A stretch of 64,000 nt of DNA from Paragordius varius (Eukaryota > Animalia > Nematomorpha), in contig OZ176056.1 of assembly GCA_964247055.1 (NCBI GenBank), positions 5,890,001 to 5,954,000 on the forward strand. The letters run 5' to 3'. Shown in pieces: positions 42,539 through 54,690 of this stretch; positions within the stretch are counted from its first letter, which is position 1; the number at the start of each line of letters is the position of its first letter. The position numbers were made by a program, and so were the translations under genes. The notes under the pieces were generated by a model, which was given only the letters and a program-made list of their open reading frames with translations, was not told the origin of the DNA and ran no database searches.

Positions 42539-45524
42539 CTAAAGATTCTAAAATACATAATAATAATTATTATTCAATCAAATTAAATGCTAAATAAATA
42601 GCTTAAAATCATATAAAAGGGGTTTTTATAAATTCGTTTTTCGCAACCACACTTAATAGTTAATATATTTTTATGAAACTATATTAAAATAATTTTTATT
42701 TATTAATACTAGCATCTTAAAGTAATGGAACATCACCCAATATCCGTATAAATCCCTGTAATGGGTTTGTTTTAACACATATCAATTTTTGCTGGGATTT
42801 GTACGAATTTTTGGTTTTTCAAGTAAATAATAAAAAAAATATTTTCAGTTTCAGTAAATATTTTTTCGAATAGAGTAATCCGCCATATTAACTGACATTT
42901 TATATGATTGCTATATATATAGAAAATATCTCCTGAAATGATAATCAATCATAATATCTCAACTTTTATTAATATTTTGTAAATTATCCTTAAATTTCAC
43001 CTTTTGCCCAATTTCGATTTTCTCTCAATATTTCAAAAACTAGGCCAACAAATTAGTTTTTAAATTATGGATAGAACATTTAAATTGGTTAAAAAAATAA
43101 AAATTGCGTATAATTAAGGATAATTAAAAAATATATTGATTTGGATTAAGCTGTTTTATTATTATTCAGAAATTACAATTTTTCCATAACTTAAAATCAT
43201 AGTTAGGTTTATGAATACACAGATAAATATCGGGTTTTTTTTATAACATATTTGATACACAAATTTTTTTATGGAACCATATTAATATTTTTAAAATATA
43301 GCTAACGGTATTAAAATATTATTAACACTTCGATTCAAATTGGAGTATCTAAATACACCAGACTATATATAAATTGAATTTTTTAAAAAACTACTGAAAG
43401 AAATGGTCCCAATTTAAATTTATGCTTCTATCCTAATAAAAATTATATAAATGGCCGAAATATTTAAATAAAATTTGGTTTTGAAAAAAAAGTTCCATAT
43501 CAAACTACTTCGACGCCATTTTATTTCTCTAACATTTTTGCAAAATATCGTGTTTATAAAGCTAAAGTGATAGTTAATTTTTCATTTAAATCACAACTAA
43601 CATTGATAGAAACAGAAAAAGTGGTTTATTTTGTATATATTTAAATTTAGCTAATGCACACATGTCATGTTGACTAAATTTTTACCTTTTAGGTTTTACC
43701 TAAAAATAAGTAAAAGCAAGTATTTTAAAATGAAATTTTTTATATATTTCGGTCCATATTTCAATTTATTCCATATTTTTTGTATTATTTATTTTAAACA
43801 GGCCTGGGGTATCCAACTACCCCAATTTGAATTGTGAAGGACTGAAATGGATTTGTTGTATCCAAGTGTTAATATATTACACCGTAAAATAATTATATAT
43901 AAACATAACCGAAAAATAAAGTATTTTTTCATTTTTTGTTCAATTGGTTTATTAGTCTCTAATAAATTACGTTTTATTTTAGAATTACATGAGTGGGAAA
44001 CAAATCTTTAATTTATACAAAATACGATTCTAAGTGGATTAGCAACTAAAAATCCATACAAATTCCAGCAAAACTATCAATTTGTGTTAAAACAAACCTT
44101 TTAAAGGGAGGAAGGATTTTTGATTGATAATACACTTGTACATCCTATTTTATTTAATAACTAGCGTAAATCAAGGGACAATAAAATGATCCACATATGT
44201 GGATTACTTCAAAACATTATTTAAATATGATTTTATAGGAATTTTAAAACGGTGCATTCATACTAATATATTGTTTACTTGGGGGAAAAATAGATTTAAA
44301 AAATTATTTTTGTGGATTTTGTTTTTTGAAAAAAATGGCATTTTACGGGGGCAGCGGGTAAAAAGAGGGCCTAACCCAAAAAAGTGAGTCGACTATGGTG
44401 GGCGCAATCGAAAATAAGTAAACAAAAATCATATTTGAAATTGAATGATCCAACACGTTCTCCAGAAAATTGTCTCAAAGACACGATTTTTGTGGACTTT
44501 TGTTTTGAAAAAAAAACCGTTTTTCACACAGGATGGGCCCGAACTGGGAGCCTATTTTAAAAAAAGACCGAAGCTATTGTCGGGGCATTCATTAATGATT
44601 ATATTTTTCGATGTTTGGATTTGAATGGGTCTACCAGTTTTCCGGTACCAGATCACAAAGCCAGCATTTTCCATTTTTATAAATATATGGATTACCATAA
44701 ATATGTTTTATTATCCATATATTTTTTAACATCCAATACATATAATAGATACTCCTTACTCAGCAGCTATCATCAAAGAAACGCCTGACTAAAATTTTTA
44801 CCTTTTAACAGGGAATACAAAAAATCCATATTAAATTTTTACAGTCTCATACCATGGGCAAAAAAATACAATTAAAAAATTATTTTTGTGGACTTTGTTT
44901 TTTGAAAAAAATGGCATTTTACGATGGGAGCGGGTAAAAAGAGGGCCTAAAAAAAGTCGACTATGTTCGGCGCAATCGAAAATAAGTTAACAAAAATATC
45001 TGAAATTATATGATCCAACACGTTCTCCAGAAAATTGTCTCAAAGTCACGATTTTTGTGGACTTTTGTTTTCAAAAAAAACCTGTTTTTCACACGGGGTG
45101 GGCCCGAACTGGGGGCCTATTTCAAAAAAAGGACGAAGCTATTGTCGGGGTATTTATTAATGATTATCTTTTTTCGATATTTGGATTTGAATGGGTCTAC
45201 CAGTTTTCCGGTACCAGATCACAAAGCCAGCATTTTCCATTTTTATAAATATATAGATTAACACTTTATCCCGCTTATGTAAGATACCGAATTAAACCAA
45301 AAGAAAATAACTCTATTTTATTATGTTAATTTTACTGTGTTATAATATTACGATATAAATAATGCCTTTAGCTAGTAAAAAAATATTCTAATATGTGAAC
45401 AATATTAAATAGTCTGTTTTAGATAATATTAATGTTATAAATATACAAATCAAACTCCAAATTAATTAGAATAATAAAATTGGTGTTAATGCAAAAATGG
45501 AAATATGTTTGAAATTTAATAATA

Positions 45525-45640
45525 TTAGTTATAAATTGACAGATAGCATATACATACTGCTATCTGGCAATTATTAATGAAAAATACTGTTAGAAACAAA
45601 ATTATTGAAATGAACATACCATTAGCATGATTATGATGAT
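45525..45640 (-). CDS. His micro-exon (D)HHNHAN (45620-45640) with in-frame hydrophobic read-through GMFISIILFLTVFFINNCQIAVCICYLSIYN*
   Basis: Strong acceptor tctttttAG, internal donor G|GTATGT after 21 nt, frame open 32 further codons to TAA. Confidence 0.55.
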
Positions 45641-46650
45641 CTAAAAAGACAATAAAATATATAATAATAACAATCTATACAAATGACGTTTAAATATGAG
45701 CAATTTATGTTAATAGTTGAGAAATATTAATTTCCAAAAAATTGGTTTTGTTCCATAAATGCAATTTTACTAATTTTTGTATCGTTGAAAAAAAATTTAT
45801 CTATCAGATTTGTATGAATTCGTGAGTGAAAATAAACACAAAAAACTGATTTTAAGCATTCATATATTTTTTAGTTTCCAGTTTAAGTTTCATCAAAGTA
45901 GCGCTTACTTTGATTCAAATTATTTTAATAGCCCAGACTATATTTAAATTGATATTTCAAAACAACTACTGAATGAAATTGCCCTAATTTAAATTTATGC
46001 TTCAATATGAATTATAAAAATAGGCCGAATTTTTTTAAATTTTGTTTTGAAAAATCTATATTAAACTATTTTGACACCATTTTTATTTTACCAAATTGCA
46101 AAATATCGTATTTATTTGATTTTTAAGCTAATTTAAGTAATTTTTTGATTTATAACACAAACATTGTCAGAAAAAATAGCTTTTTACATTATTGTTATAT
46201 TTAGCTAATAAACACATGTCATGTTTTATTTAGAAATCCTACATGAGTGGAGTTATCAAGTATATAATTTATGATAAATAAGTTAAAGTAATGGAATATC
46301 AACCACAATCCGTACAAATCCCTGTAACATGTTTCAACACAAATTAATATTTTTACTGGGATGTGTACGAATATTTGGTTGATTTTCCACTACTTTCCTA
46401 TATTGTATAAATTTTATACTTTGATCTCCCACTCATGTAAGATCCCAAAATAAAACAGAAATTTTTTATACGCTCGCTGAATATCCTTAATTTTCACTCT
46501 TTGCCCGATTTCTATTTCTCAATATTTCATTTGGGCCGTAAACAAATAATAGTTTTTACGGCAAATGAATAAGCTGTCATAATCTATCTCATAAAAAAAT
46601 TTTTTGTTAACAATTACAAAGATATAATATAAAAATAAATGTCATTATAC

Positions 46651-46692
46651 CCATTTCACTTCCTGATGGTGGAGTTGTTACTTTGGATAGCA
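46651..46692 (-). CDS. Phase 1-1 micro-exon, (V)LSKVTTPPSGSEM
   Basis: ataataacAG...GAAATGG|GTATAA; 42 nt. Confidence 0.7.
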
Positions 46693-47099
46693 CTGTTATT
46701 ATAAAAATGTATTTGTAAATTTATAAAATATATAAACTTAGCATATTATTTAAGAATTTGTTATTAATCATAAAATACCATATTACAATTCTTCATAATA
46801 TCTTAGTATTGAAAATGGAGAATGTTGTGTGTATAGTTTTTAAAAATTTAATTTAGAAAGAGAAGTATTAAGACCATAAAATAAAAATATATATAAAATT
46901 TAGAATCTATATCTATGCATTTTAAAGCAACCTATATTAATATTATAAAATAAATATATCAGTAATAAATCAATTATAGTTTTGAAAATTGTGCTTGCAC
47001 AGCCTCTTTATTTGCAAATGCTGTTGTAAAAAATATATGACGCCATTTTTATATATGTTAATATATTAAGTATTTTTCTTTTAATTTAATTTGAATCAC

Positions 47100-47330
47100 C
47101 TGTGATTTCAACTTCACCGAGATAGAGCAATTTATCACATTGTGAAGAGACAATTATAGTTGTATTTTTGGCAATCATATCGGTACTTATAGTAACACCA
47201 GTCGCATTCAGATTGGTATACAAATTTTTTCCTTCGCAGCTTACATTATACAATGATATCCCATCAATCGAATCCCAATCCAATCTGAAAGATAAAGAGT
47301 CTTGTCTGGTCAAGTTTACTGTAAAATATT
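47100..47330 (-). CDS. Phase 1-1 exon encoding a fibronectin type III-like extracellular domain (EYFTVNLTRQDSLSFRLDWDSIDGISLYNVSC...LGEVEIT)
   Basis: Inside track ORF 47086..47430; acceptor tttttatgtgttcAG, donor G|GTGATT, 231 nt = 77 codons; W...Y spacing like FN3, several N-glycosylation sequons. Domain call by eye only. Confidence 0.62.
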
Positions 47331-47467
47331 CTGAACACATAAAAATTATAAATTTAATAATACTAGACAGATTCATACTATGCTTATACAGTATGCATTT
47401 TAATGTATGAGTAATTTTATTGCCAGTCAAAAAACATAAATGGTTTATCCAATGCGTAAAATACTAA

Positions 47468-49897
47468 GACCCATGTTCGGGTAAGTATTACTTGCGTCCT
47501 TATGCTTAAATCCTTATGCTTAAATCCTTATGCTTAAGTCCTTATGCTTACATACTTATGCTTAAATCCTTATGCTTACGTCCTTATGCTTACATTTTTG
47601 AATAAAAATAATACATTCATCATAAGTCTGCTCCTAGTAGACTTATTAAAATTTCAAAGTAGCATATTAAAAATATTGTGAATTTTTGAATCCTGTAAAT
47701 TGGAGGAGAGAAAGTAAAGTATATTTAACAAATAATTTATAGGTTTGAGTAATGTAGCTTCAATCTTTTGGCAAAAGGGGTTTACACAGCCCCTGCTAAA
47801 AAGATAGAAAAATTCTAAAACATTCATTCAAAATCAAAAGTATTTTAGAAGAAATATGTATGCATTTTATCCAACTTTATTTTTTAGATTTTTTTGAGTT
47901 ATCAAAATTGAAATATTTGCATACTTTTTGAAATAAAAAAATCTATCCAGTTTTTCAAATTCTTTATGGAGGATAAAAATGATGTATATATAACAAATTA
48001 TTTATAGGTTTTAGAAATTGAATGATCGCATACACTCTTAGTGAAGTAAGCATCTGGATCATACATGTAAAACCCAAAGTTTTTTAGAAGGTGTGCAATT
48101 GATTTAACCATATTTTTTAGATTTAGATGTCATGGCGATCGAATTTCTGCGCACTTTTTGAATTTTGAGGATGAAGCATTGAAGAATCTACTTATTTTAT
48201 TGGATTTCATAAAATTTATACTCTTTGATATATAAAATTATATATTTATGTTTATTGTCAATAAATATATGATAAATCTTTAGTTTCAAGCGTCTAAAAA
48301 TCATTTTAATCCACAGTGCACAAAATCGGAGGCTATAAAAAATATTATGATCAATCATATATATTGCATATTAGGAATATCATGGTGCTTGGTTTTAGGT
48401 CTAACGAATAATATTGAAGTATATCCAATTTTGTGGTAATTGCCTTATCGAAAGGTTGCAAATTAGGCAAACTTATTTGGAGTCTACGCTTAAAATTCTA
48501 AACAAACTTCATTTTGGTTTTCAAATATAGTTTATAATTTAATGATATTATTAAAGGAAATTAAACTTTGACCCAAAAGAGCCCTAAATATTTCCCCATA
48601 TTTAAAGCAAAAGCTAATCAAATTTTGAGATGATAGAAATGTTAAACAAAGGTGTTTTTGTGATATCTTAAAGCACCATAAAATACGATTGCCAAAAATT
48701 TAAAAAAATCTATTATATTGTCAAATTCTAATTTATATGACAAATATTATCGCGCATCGGCTTTTTTAAAAAAACTGGCCCATTTTAGAGAAGTCCAAAA
48801 AGTTGTTTTGGAACCTACGCTTAGAATTTTAAATTTCATTTTTGTTTTCGAATATAGTTCATATCAAAATATAATGGTATTTTTAAAGGGAAGCATTTAG
48901 CTTTCATAAAAAAATTATAAATTTGCCTAATTTGTAACCTTTCAAGGAACAATTACCACAAAATTGGATATAACTCTAAATTATTTGTAGACCTAAAACC
49001 AAGCACCATATTCCTAATATGCAATATATATTATTGATCATAATATTTTTTATAGCCTCCGATTTTGTGCAATGTGGATTAAAATGATTTTTAGACGCTT
49101 GAAACCAAAGTAAATTTATCATAAATTTATTGACAATAAAGATAAATATATAATTTTATATATCAAATAGTAAAAATTTTATGAAATCCAATAAATTAAA
49201 TAAATTTTTCAATGCTCTATCCTCTCGATCGCCATGATATCTACTAAAAAATATGGTTAAATCAATTGCACACCTTCTAAAAAACTTTGGGTTTTACATG
49301 TATGTTCCAGATATATTTTTTCAAGAAGCTTACTTCACTAAGAATGTATGCGATCATTCAATTTCTAAAACCTATAAATAATTTGTTATATATACATCAT
49401 TTTTATCCTCCATAAAGAATTTGAAAAACTGGATAGATTTTTTTATTTCACAAAGTATGCAAATATTTAAATTTTGATAACTCAAAAAAATCTAAAAAAT
49501 AAAGTTGGATAAAATGCATACATATTTCTAAAAAACTTTTGATTTTGAATGAATGTTTTAGAATTTCTCTATTTTTTTAGCATGGGTTGTGTAAACACCT
49601 TTTGCCAAAAGATTGAAGCTACATTACTCAAACCTATAAATTATTTGTTAAATATACTTTACTTTCTCTCCTCCAATTTACAGGATTCAAAAATTCACAA
49701 TATTTTTAAAGTTATGCCACTTTGAAATTTTAATAAGTCTACTAGGAGCAGACTTATGATGAATGTATATTATTTTTATTCAAAAATGAGCATAAGGACG
49801 TAATCATAAGGATGTAAGCATAAGGACGTAAGCATAAGGATTTAAGCATAAGGATTTAAGCATAAGGACGCAAGTAATACTTACCCGAACATGGGTC
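47468..49897. mobile_element. Foldback-type TIR element, 2.43 kb, ~1-kb imperfect inverted arms with 13-bp subterminal tandem repeats
   Basis: TAA|GACCCATGTTCGGGTAAGTATTACTTGCG...CGCAAGTAATACTTACCCGAACATGGGTC|TAA; (TCCTTATGCTTAAA-like)n at both ends. Confidence 0.85.
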
Positions 49898-51747
49898 TAA
49901 TTTATTAAGCGCAATTTTTAACTGATTAGGAATACTTAAAAGACAATGAAAAACATAAAAACAAAAGAAATCTAAAATCTAGTTAAATTTTTACAAATAT
50001 ACATTTACATGTGTTTTTTTACTAATGACAACTATATATAATATACAGGTGTTTATACTGTTGGAAATATTAATTATTAAATTTAATTATAATTAACAAT
50101 AATCTTAAAATACCCATTTACTATTTATTGAATTATTAAAGATAAAACCCACAAAATTCCGCATATAAATACGTAATAACAATATTTCAAATGTTAACAT
50201 ATTCTCATAATTTTACATTACAAAATATCCATCAAATTAAAGCCTGTTAATTCTCACGTCGATCCTCTTTAATATGCCTACTACGAAATAATTATGATAT
50301 CAGTATTTTACGCATTTGATAAATTATTTATATTATTTGGCTGGCACTAAAATTACTTAACATCATTAGAATGCATACTATATCTCAAAATAAAACAATA
50401 TTGTTTTCCTTTCCATTTTTTCATCTGATTTATGAGTGTTATATTTGTTTTAAAATCTTGCATAAAAGATATTATGAAATATATAATTTATGCATAATAG
50501 CATTTAAAAGTAGTGCAAATAAACCAACAATCCGTACAAATCCCAACAAAAATATTAATTTGTTTGAAAACAGACAATTTACTTTTCATAGATTAAATAT
50601 TTTTTATATTAAAGCCTAATTCTGGTCAAATCTATTTAATTATAACACGATATGATTAAAACTTTTTTTAAATCATATATCATTCGAAAGCCTAAACCTT
50701 CTGGATAATTAACAATAAATATTCGTTTTTACAGGAAATAAAGACTCAAAAGCTAGGATTAGTGCGTGAAAGCTATCTATAGGAATTATATTCATAAATT
50801 CCTAATAGGTAAAATATTCATTTTATGGCGTTTAAAATTGAAACAAGCCTAAAAAATCAATATTTGGACAAAATCGGATGTAGCGTATATTTATATTATA
50901 TGTATTTCTGTATAACTTAAAAAAGAGAACACGACCATCTTAATTTAATTTGTCCAAAATTAAATATTTTGGTGCCATTTTAGCTTTTGAACAGGGTTTC
51001 TAAGCATAAATTATCACTAAATTAAATATTAAATCACAATTTTTGCTTGAATCGGATAGAAATCGTTTGCATGATAATTATATTAAAGGTTTGGTAAAAA
51101 ACATATAATAAATCCTTTACGGAGCAAAAATTTTTTTATTTTATATGGGTATTAATCATATTTTAAACACAATATATTGGATGTTTTATCCATATAGTAT
51201 ATATGAAAATTAAAATAAACAATTCAAATATTACGCTAAGTGCGTTTTGGTTTTTATTGTAAGACTTTTAAATTCTTCTGAAATTTGGATTTTTATGATA
51301 TAATTTTGATTTTCTTCTTTAAGCATTTTAATTTTATTTAGAATAACTAATTCAGTTTTTGAATCGTATCTTCATTCCCACAAGCTTTTAGCTATCAAAT
51401 GATATATAGTTAACAAACATATATTGTAGAGCCCATTACTACCGCAGAGTGTTATGTAAGTCAACTTTTTCGCTTTTTAATATTAGTCGATATTAATTCT
51501 TCTTTGTTACATATGCCTCTCATATCCAGAAAATTATGCTCTCATGCTGTTATAAATTATCGTATCATTAAAGCCCTTGTTTGCCTTATTGAAGTTTTAA
51601 AAAGGATTCTGGTTTAGTTAGTTATTTAGCACCAAATTTTGTACATTTTTTTTATTGTAAATTGAGTTAGAATTTTAAGCAAGTCATTAATTTAATGCGC
51701 ATGAACCAATATATCTCTGAAATAATTTATAAATCAGAATCTCCTAC

Positions 51748-52005
51748 CGGTGTTTAAATAATATCTGGAAAGTAATAATAATTTTATTGTCAATGCACAT
51801 ATCCTACGAGATATATATATAGTATTTGCTTTTTCCATTAAGTAAAAAGCATGAGTCTATTTTAATTTATTTCTTATCATAACACTATTGTTTCCCAGAT
51901 TAACGGCAATCGATATATTGTTGTATGTTAAATCATATTTAAATTTATCTTGGTTCCATTTCAATGTTATGGATTCGTCATCATTAATAGTAGAATTCCA
52001 TGTTG
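51748..52005 (-). pseudogene. Decayed FN3-like exon (FDTTWNSTINDDESITLKWNQDKFKYDLTYNNISIAVNLGNNSVMIRNKLK*...YYLNT)
   Basis: SITLKW...Y pattern, phase-1 donor ACC G|GTAGGA; one in-frame TAG and no intact AG acceptor. Confidence 0.45.
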
Positions 52006-52869
52006 TGTCAAATTAACCATTGTTAATAAAAAAATGATATTGTTGAATTTTAAAAATAACAAAAAATATACTTGGTAAATGAGCTTCATGTAATATCAAA
52101 AATATAATCTTAAAATATTCTATAAAGGGCACTTTATTTCAAGCAGTTGTTTTTGGGTGTATTTGTATATTAAATTTAAATTGGCCTGAATATCTTTGGA
52201 TTTATGATTTGGGGTTAAAAGAACAAATTTTAAGATTTAAATAAATATTTATTAGAGAAAAATTCGCGTCTCCATTATTAATAAATTGAATTTTTCTTAG
52301 ATAAATGTAATTTTGTTGGAAATATCAAATTAATTTTTTTCCTAAGTTTAATACAAATATTAATTATTTGAATTAACACTTATAGATTAAATAGTTCTCA
52401 TTATAACAATGGTTTTAAATCTGTTAAATAAATCACTTATAGTATATTTGATTCTGTGTACTTAAAAAAAGAAAGTACTGGTTTTTTCTTATTGATTCTC
52501 TATTCAAACTGATTTAAATAATAAGCTATCATTTTTAGAGTTGTTTAAATGCTCTTTTCATAAAATTATAAACTCATTAATTCGGTTAAATTTGATAAAA
52601 TATATTAAAATAGACGCCAGACTTTCATAAAAATTGTAAAATTAGAATATAGAAACATTTATAAATATTAAATAATGGAATTCAAATTTGAATTATATAT
52701 ATAATTAATTATATAATTAAATAAATTACCCTCAGCAACTAATATAATAAAAGGTATATATTAATATATTATTAAGTGATTGTCAAAGTTTAGACTCGCG
52801 TTTATAAAATAAAATTACAAAAACGGTGTTAAACATAAATTCCAAACGAAAAATCCAATTTTGAGCTAA

Positions 52870-53067
52870 ATAAATATCTAATGGCTCCGAACTAACAATT
52901 TAATTGAAGAGGTTATTAATTACACACATCAAAAGCATAATCAGATACTTTATCTGATACCGCAGAAATACTATAAATTGCACACAGGGATATCATATGA
53001 TGTGATTATATATACAACCTTTACGTAACTAAAGTGATTGAACCTGAGAAAATCTTAACAAGAGATG
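52870..53067 (+). pseudogene. Decayed FN3-like exon on plus strand (INI*WLRTNNLIEEVINY...KLHTGISYDVIIYT)
   Basis: LHTGISYDVII resembles FN3 L-x-P-G-T-x-Y-x-V motif; after a frameshift ends ...KILTRD G|GTATAA (phase 1); stops present. Confidence 0.4.
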
Positions 53068-53867
53068 GTATAACAAAAGGCCAAAATTAACTGTTAAGTT
53101 TATTTAACAACAGATATATAAATACAATTTTATAATTATATATGTTTCTGACACATAAAGCATAAAGAAACAAAGACGAGGAAGATGCGTTTTTTATAAT
53201 AAAAAACAAATTTGCGCATTTTAAATTAACAAAAAAGCCGATTTAGGCCAGAAAATAAAACTGATACTTAAATATTTTATAAAACCGGTTAGAAAAATTA
53301 AGTACTAAAAGATTGATATTTAAGCAAAATAATTGTTATTTGGGTGCATAAACGATTTTATTTTTTTAAAATTGGCACATTTTTATAGTAAATTTAGTTA
53401 AGCCTAACATTTGGAATATAAGATAACAAAAAAGTTTTAGACACCTTGGCAAAATTTTATTTATTTTTAAATTTAGATACGAGGATATAGTATATCAATA
53501 TTTGCCATTTTAAATGTCTCAAATATAACAAATATAATTACTTTCGTCGGGGTCTATACAAAAAATTATACATTATAACATTTATCATAACAATGTATCA
53601 CAAAAAATAAACAAAATTGATTATCAATGTCGATTAATTTACAAAAAAATTATATGGACTAAATAATATTGGCTATATCAATCTCAATGGGTGCGAAGTT
53701 TGTGATTTTATATCCTAAGGGGAGGACTAATATTTTTATATCATAGATGTTTAACGGTAACCCAAACTTAATTAATGCTAGAAATTAAAAAGTTTTACCT
53801 TCATTTAATTTTTAAAGTTATATTATATACGTTTATACTAAGATTTTAAGTCTTGCTTACAGTAAAG

Positions 53868-53870
<3 letters not shown>

Positions 53871-53901
<31 letters not shown>
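53871..53901. repeat. (TA)n microsatellite
   Basis: Direct inspection. Confidence 0.95.
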
Positions 53902-53907
<6 letters not shown>

Positions 53908-54414
53908 CCTATGGGCCAAATGTTAAAGCCTTCACACCTGATATAATTTAGTCTAAACTGATATATATATATATATATGAATGCGCTTACTTATTATTTA
54001 TACAATTTTAATCTAGTGTTTTTGGAGGATATTTATTAGCCCATAAATATGAAGATTCAGTCTTTTTATTGTAGCCTGCACCCTCTTTTAACGCTTAGCC
54101 TTAAAATAATTGACGTCAATACTTTATATAAACTTTTAATATGCTTATTTAACTGTAACCAATTGATTGATTGAATTACTCTGGAAAAAACTATATATGA
54201 AAAATAATGCATGTATAGATCCATCCAGATTAAAATTTTCTATTTTAGTAATAAAATATGTGCTTTCTGTTGCTTAGCAGTTATTGAGAATTTTGCAAAA
54301 ATTATTAAACTCGGAAAATTGCCAATATAGCCCCTATGTCTAATCATTATTTTGACAGATATTGCGTTCGTATTTATAAATATTTATAGGACCTTTAGTA
54401 CTGCATATTATATC

Positions 54415-54690
54415 AATTAAATTTGGGTATTTCGGAATAACATTATATTAAGGATGTGTATTTATTAAAATTGTTAGGATAATTATACTTTTTTACCATA
54501 CCTACATTTTATTATTTATATTTAAACACGAATGTGCATCACAATTCTAAGAAGCCTATTATTTTATGAATATTTATATAACACGAATAGTGCACGAACG
54601 AACATAAACACCAAACACAATTAATATAATAATAATATAGTAAGATAAAAAGACAATCATGCAATGTTGTGTTATATCAACTATATATTA
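54415..54690 (-). repeat. 3' LTR of Gypsy element
   Basis: Similar to 58247-58491 (ggaataac...aaacacgaa...ataaaaagaca.tcatgcaat...tcaacta); preceded on minus strand by PPT AGAGGAGGAAGAAAA. Confidence 0.75.

Noticed and set aside
47331-47430. MNLSSIIKFIIFMCS as a signal peptide at the start of ORF 47086..47430
   Set aside because: It coincides with a polypyrimidine tract and AG acceptor, so it is more likely intron; not fully excluded.
51748-53067. Alternative genetic code (stop read as Gln/Trp) to rescue interrupted exons
   Set aside because: The interrupted segments also have frameshifts and lost splice sites, and all three stop codons occur; ordinary AT-biased decay explains them.
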